Origin: Guillardia theta CCMP2712
Taxonomy: Eukaryota; Protista; Cryptophyta
NCBI RefSeq assembly: GCF_000315625.1
Contig: NW_005434658.1
Location: forward strand, 649,139 to 713,138
DNA length: 64,000 nucleotides
Direction of reading: 5' to 3'
The notes beneath the pieces were generated by a model. That model was not told the DNA's origin, did not search any database, and worked only from the letters and a program-made list of their open reading frames with translations. Made by a program: the position numbers and the translations under genes. This document shows, piece by piece, positions 62,007 through 64,000 of this stretch. Within the stretch, counting starts at the first letter, position 1, and each line of letters begins with the position of its first letter.

Positions 62007-63139
62007 ATGGACGGGAGTGTTGACATGGACGCGGCGCTGGCGGCGGTGGAAATGCAGCAGGTGTCTGCTGGGGTAACGAACGTGCTAGTGATAGCAGGAC
62101 ATAGCAAGTCGAACTTCTTCCTCTCAACTTCAGTCTACGGCACCGCAGTGTACAGATCTGCGGTAATGGACTTGAAACACAGGACAGTGTCTTTCGAGCC
62201 TATGTTGGAGATCGATGATTTCGACCTTGACATGAAGGTGTTTGAAGACATCGTCAGTACGCATGAGGTGAGTTGAATCGCCCCTGATTTTCCCTGAGAA
62301 CAACTGCAAGGGAAATGTCGCTTTTTTGTTGGGCACACATGGTTACACTCGTTTTGCAGGAAATGCAGAGAAATGAAATGAATTTGAGCATCACACAGAA
62401 GAAAGTTTTCTCAGCGTGCCAAGGTGAAGCAGAGACTGGCCATGTCTTCTATGATAAAAATCTTACCTTGAACGGATACGATTTCTCCTGGGGAAAGCTG
62501 TTGCTGGATCTGGCCAAAGGTGGGCGCCCATGGTGGGACATGAAGGAGGATGGAAAATTAGCCTTTGCAATGGTCTGCCACAGGCGCCTGGGAGAGAGCT
62601 CAATCTGGAATTCGTTAGAGGAAGACCTCTTGAAGATGATAATCGAGATGATCAAAGTTATAGGATCGTTCGACAAAACCTCATTCTGCTACCAATACTA
62701 GAATCTCAAATGGGAAGATTGCCTCTCGACGCAGCCCATTTTTCATGGAAGGAACAGATCACCATGAAATTGACTTGCCCGGACAAATAGAATCAGTCTG
62801 CTACAGCTCTTTGTTCTTCTCTTTACGCTTTCTTTTGTTTACAGAATATTGTTTGGCCCGGATTGCCCTCTTTTTCTACCTCCATCGATCCCGTACGAGC
62901 AGCCGGTTTGCAGGAAAATTGGTTCTAGCCCATCACGTTTCCCTCTCAGCGTATCAGAACGACATCACAGTCATAGACAGTGGAATGACGATCATGAATT
63001 CTCTTGTCTTGGAAGACATCTACCCAAGTCGAAGTTGTGGACAGATCCAGAAGTCTTGCGGGATCAACGAGTTAGGAGAAAGAACTTGATCCACTACTTG
63101 TTTGTCTCTTCTTTCAGATACGATCGAGCATCATCATGA
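62007..63139 (+). CDS. Hypothetical protein with internal KLAFAMVCHRRLGESS (F-box-like) motif; 3' end approximate
   Basis: Exons ~62007-62065, ~62098-62267, ~62360-62660 and downstream; motif at 62555-62653. Confidence 0.55.
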
Positions 63140-63379
63140 TGCTGTTTTGACATGCCACGCCTTAACTCTTCCTACTCACCTCCAAACTTCGAAGCACAGA
63201 GAGTGAAGTCTCAGATTTGCGTGTGCCTGTCTTATGGATGATTAGAGGACTTGAGGAAGGGATCATTCTCCTCCTCCTCCTCTCCTTTTTCTTCTCTCCT
63301 TCGCCACTTTCCTGCCTTTCCTCCTCATCCTCTTCTGCCTGAGTGCCTGCATCTCCTCCTCCGCCAAAGTACCTGCCCA

Positions 63380-63407
63380 TCATCCTCATCCTCATCCTCA
63401 TCATCAT

Positions 63408-63438
<31 letters not shown>

Positions 63439-63471
63439 ATCGTCATCATCATCATCATCGTCATCATCATC
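63380..63471. repeat. (CAT)n/(CGT)n microsatellite
   Basis: Seen directly. Confidence 0.9.
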
Positions 63472-63780
63472 CCGTCCTCTACCTTCCTCCTCTCCACCCT
63501 TCCTGCTCTCTTGGCACCCTGTCGTATTGTGAATTTCAAACCCTCCTGTCCTCTTTGTCTCCAGATTCATCACTTGTCCATCACGTTCAAGGGGATAACT
63601 CCAGTTGCAACTGCTGCGTCTCTACGATGCACTCGTTCATGCACCCCTCTCCCCAACCCTCCTTGCTCCACCATTTCCTGTCACTCTCCTCCGGATCCCT
63701 TCGCTCTGAACTCGGCACCGAGTCCGACCTTATCCTCTCACCTTCGCATCCCCTCACTTCGACACAGCGGGATGTGACTT

Positions 63781-63781
63781 G

Positions 63782-63841
<60 letters not shown>
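63781..63841. repeat. (GCAG)n microsatellite
   Basis: Seen directly. Confidence 0.95.
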
Positions 63842-63842
<1 letters not shown>

Positions 63843-64000
63843 GGAAGACACAACTGGTGTTGTCGGCTTCTGAGCTACTTGTTGATCGATCTGACAAGTA
63901 TTGAAGAGTATAAGAGAATACTAATCCAAGCAGAGTCCAGCAAGTTTGAGTAAGTTACACGTTTGATTTCTTCATGGACTGAAAAAGAAAGGCAAACCGG

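Overview
Eukaryotic nuclear DNA from a gene-dense, intron-rich flagellated alga. Most introns are ~45-60 nt GT-AG with a CTGAC-like branch point; there are many microsatellites and four N gaps. A signal peptide followed by Phe, several RWP-RK paralogues and flagellar genes suggest a cryptophyte (Guillardia/Hanusia-like); this is inference. About 22 spliced genes can be read by hand: SAM methyltransferase, SK-type K+ channel, Raf-like kinase ending in KKKKCIIM, PAP/fibrillin, Fes1/HspBP1, AK7, three RWP-RK factors, YqaJ/lambda-exonuclease, Ubl-RTF2, ESF2/ABT1, PF20/SPAG16, a multi-TM HET-domain protein, an LRR protein with Cys-helix repeats, golgin-84 and several hypotheticals. Top observations: (1) an ~8-TM protein fused to a HET (TIR-like) domain, a candidate algal membrane immune/cell-death receptor; (2) a ~2.26 kb palindrome of two tail-to-tail RWP-RK genes whose spacer is a third, template-switched exon fragment, a candidate hairpin-RNA locus; (3) a conserved ~40-65 bp non-coding element in four copies; (4) an AMxxHxRLGxxS motif shared by two unrelated proteins. 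Exon boundaries were read by eye and several gene starts are approximate.
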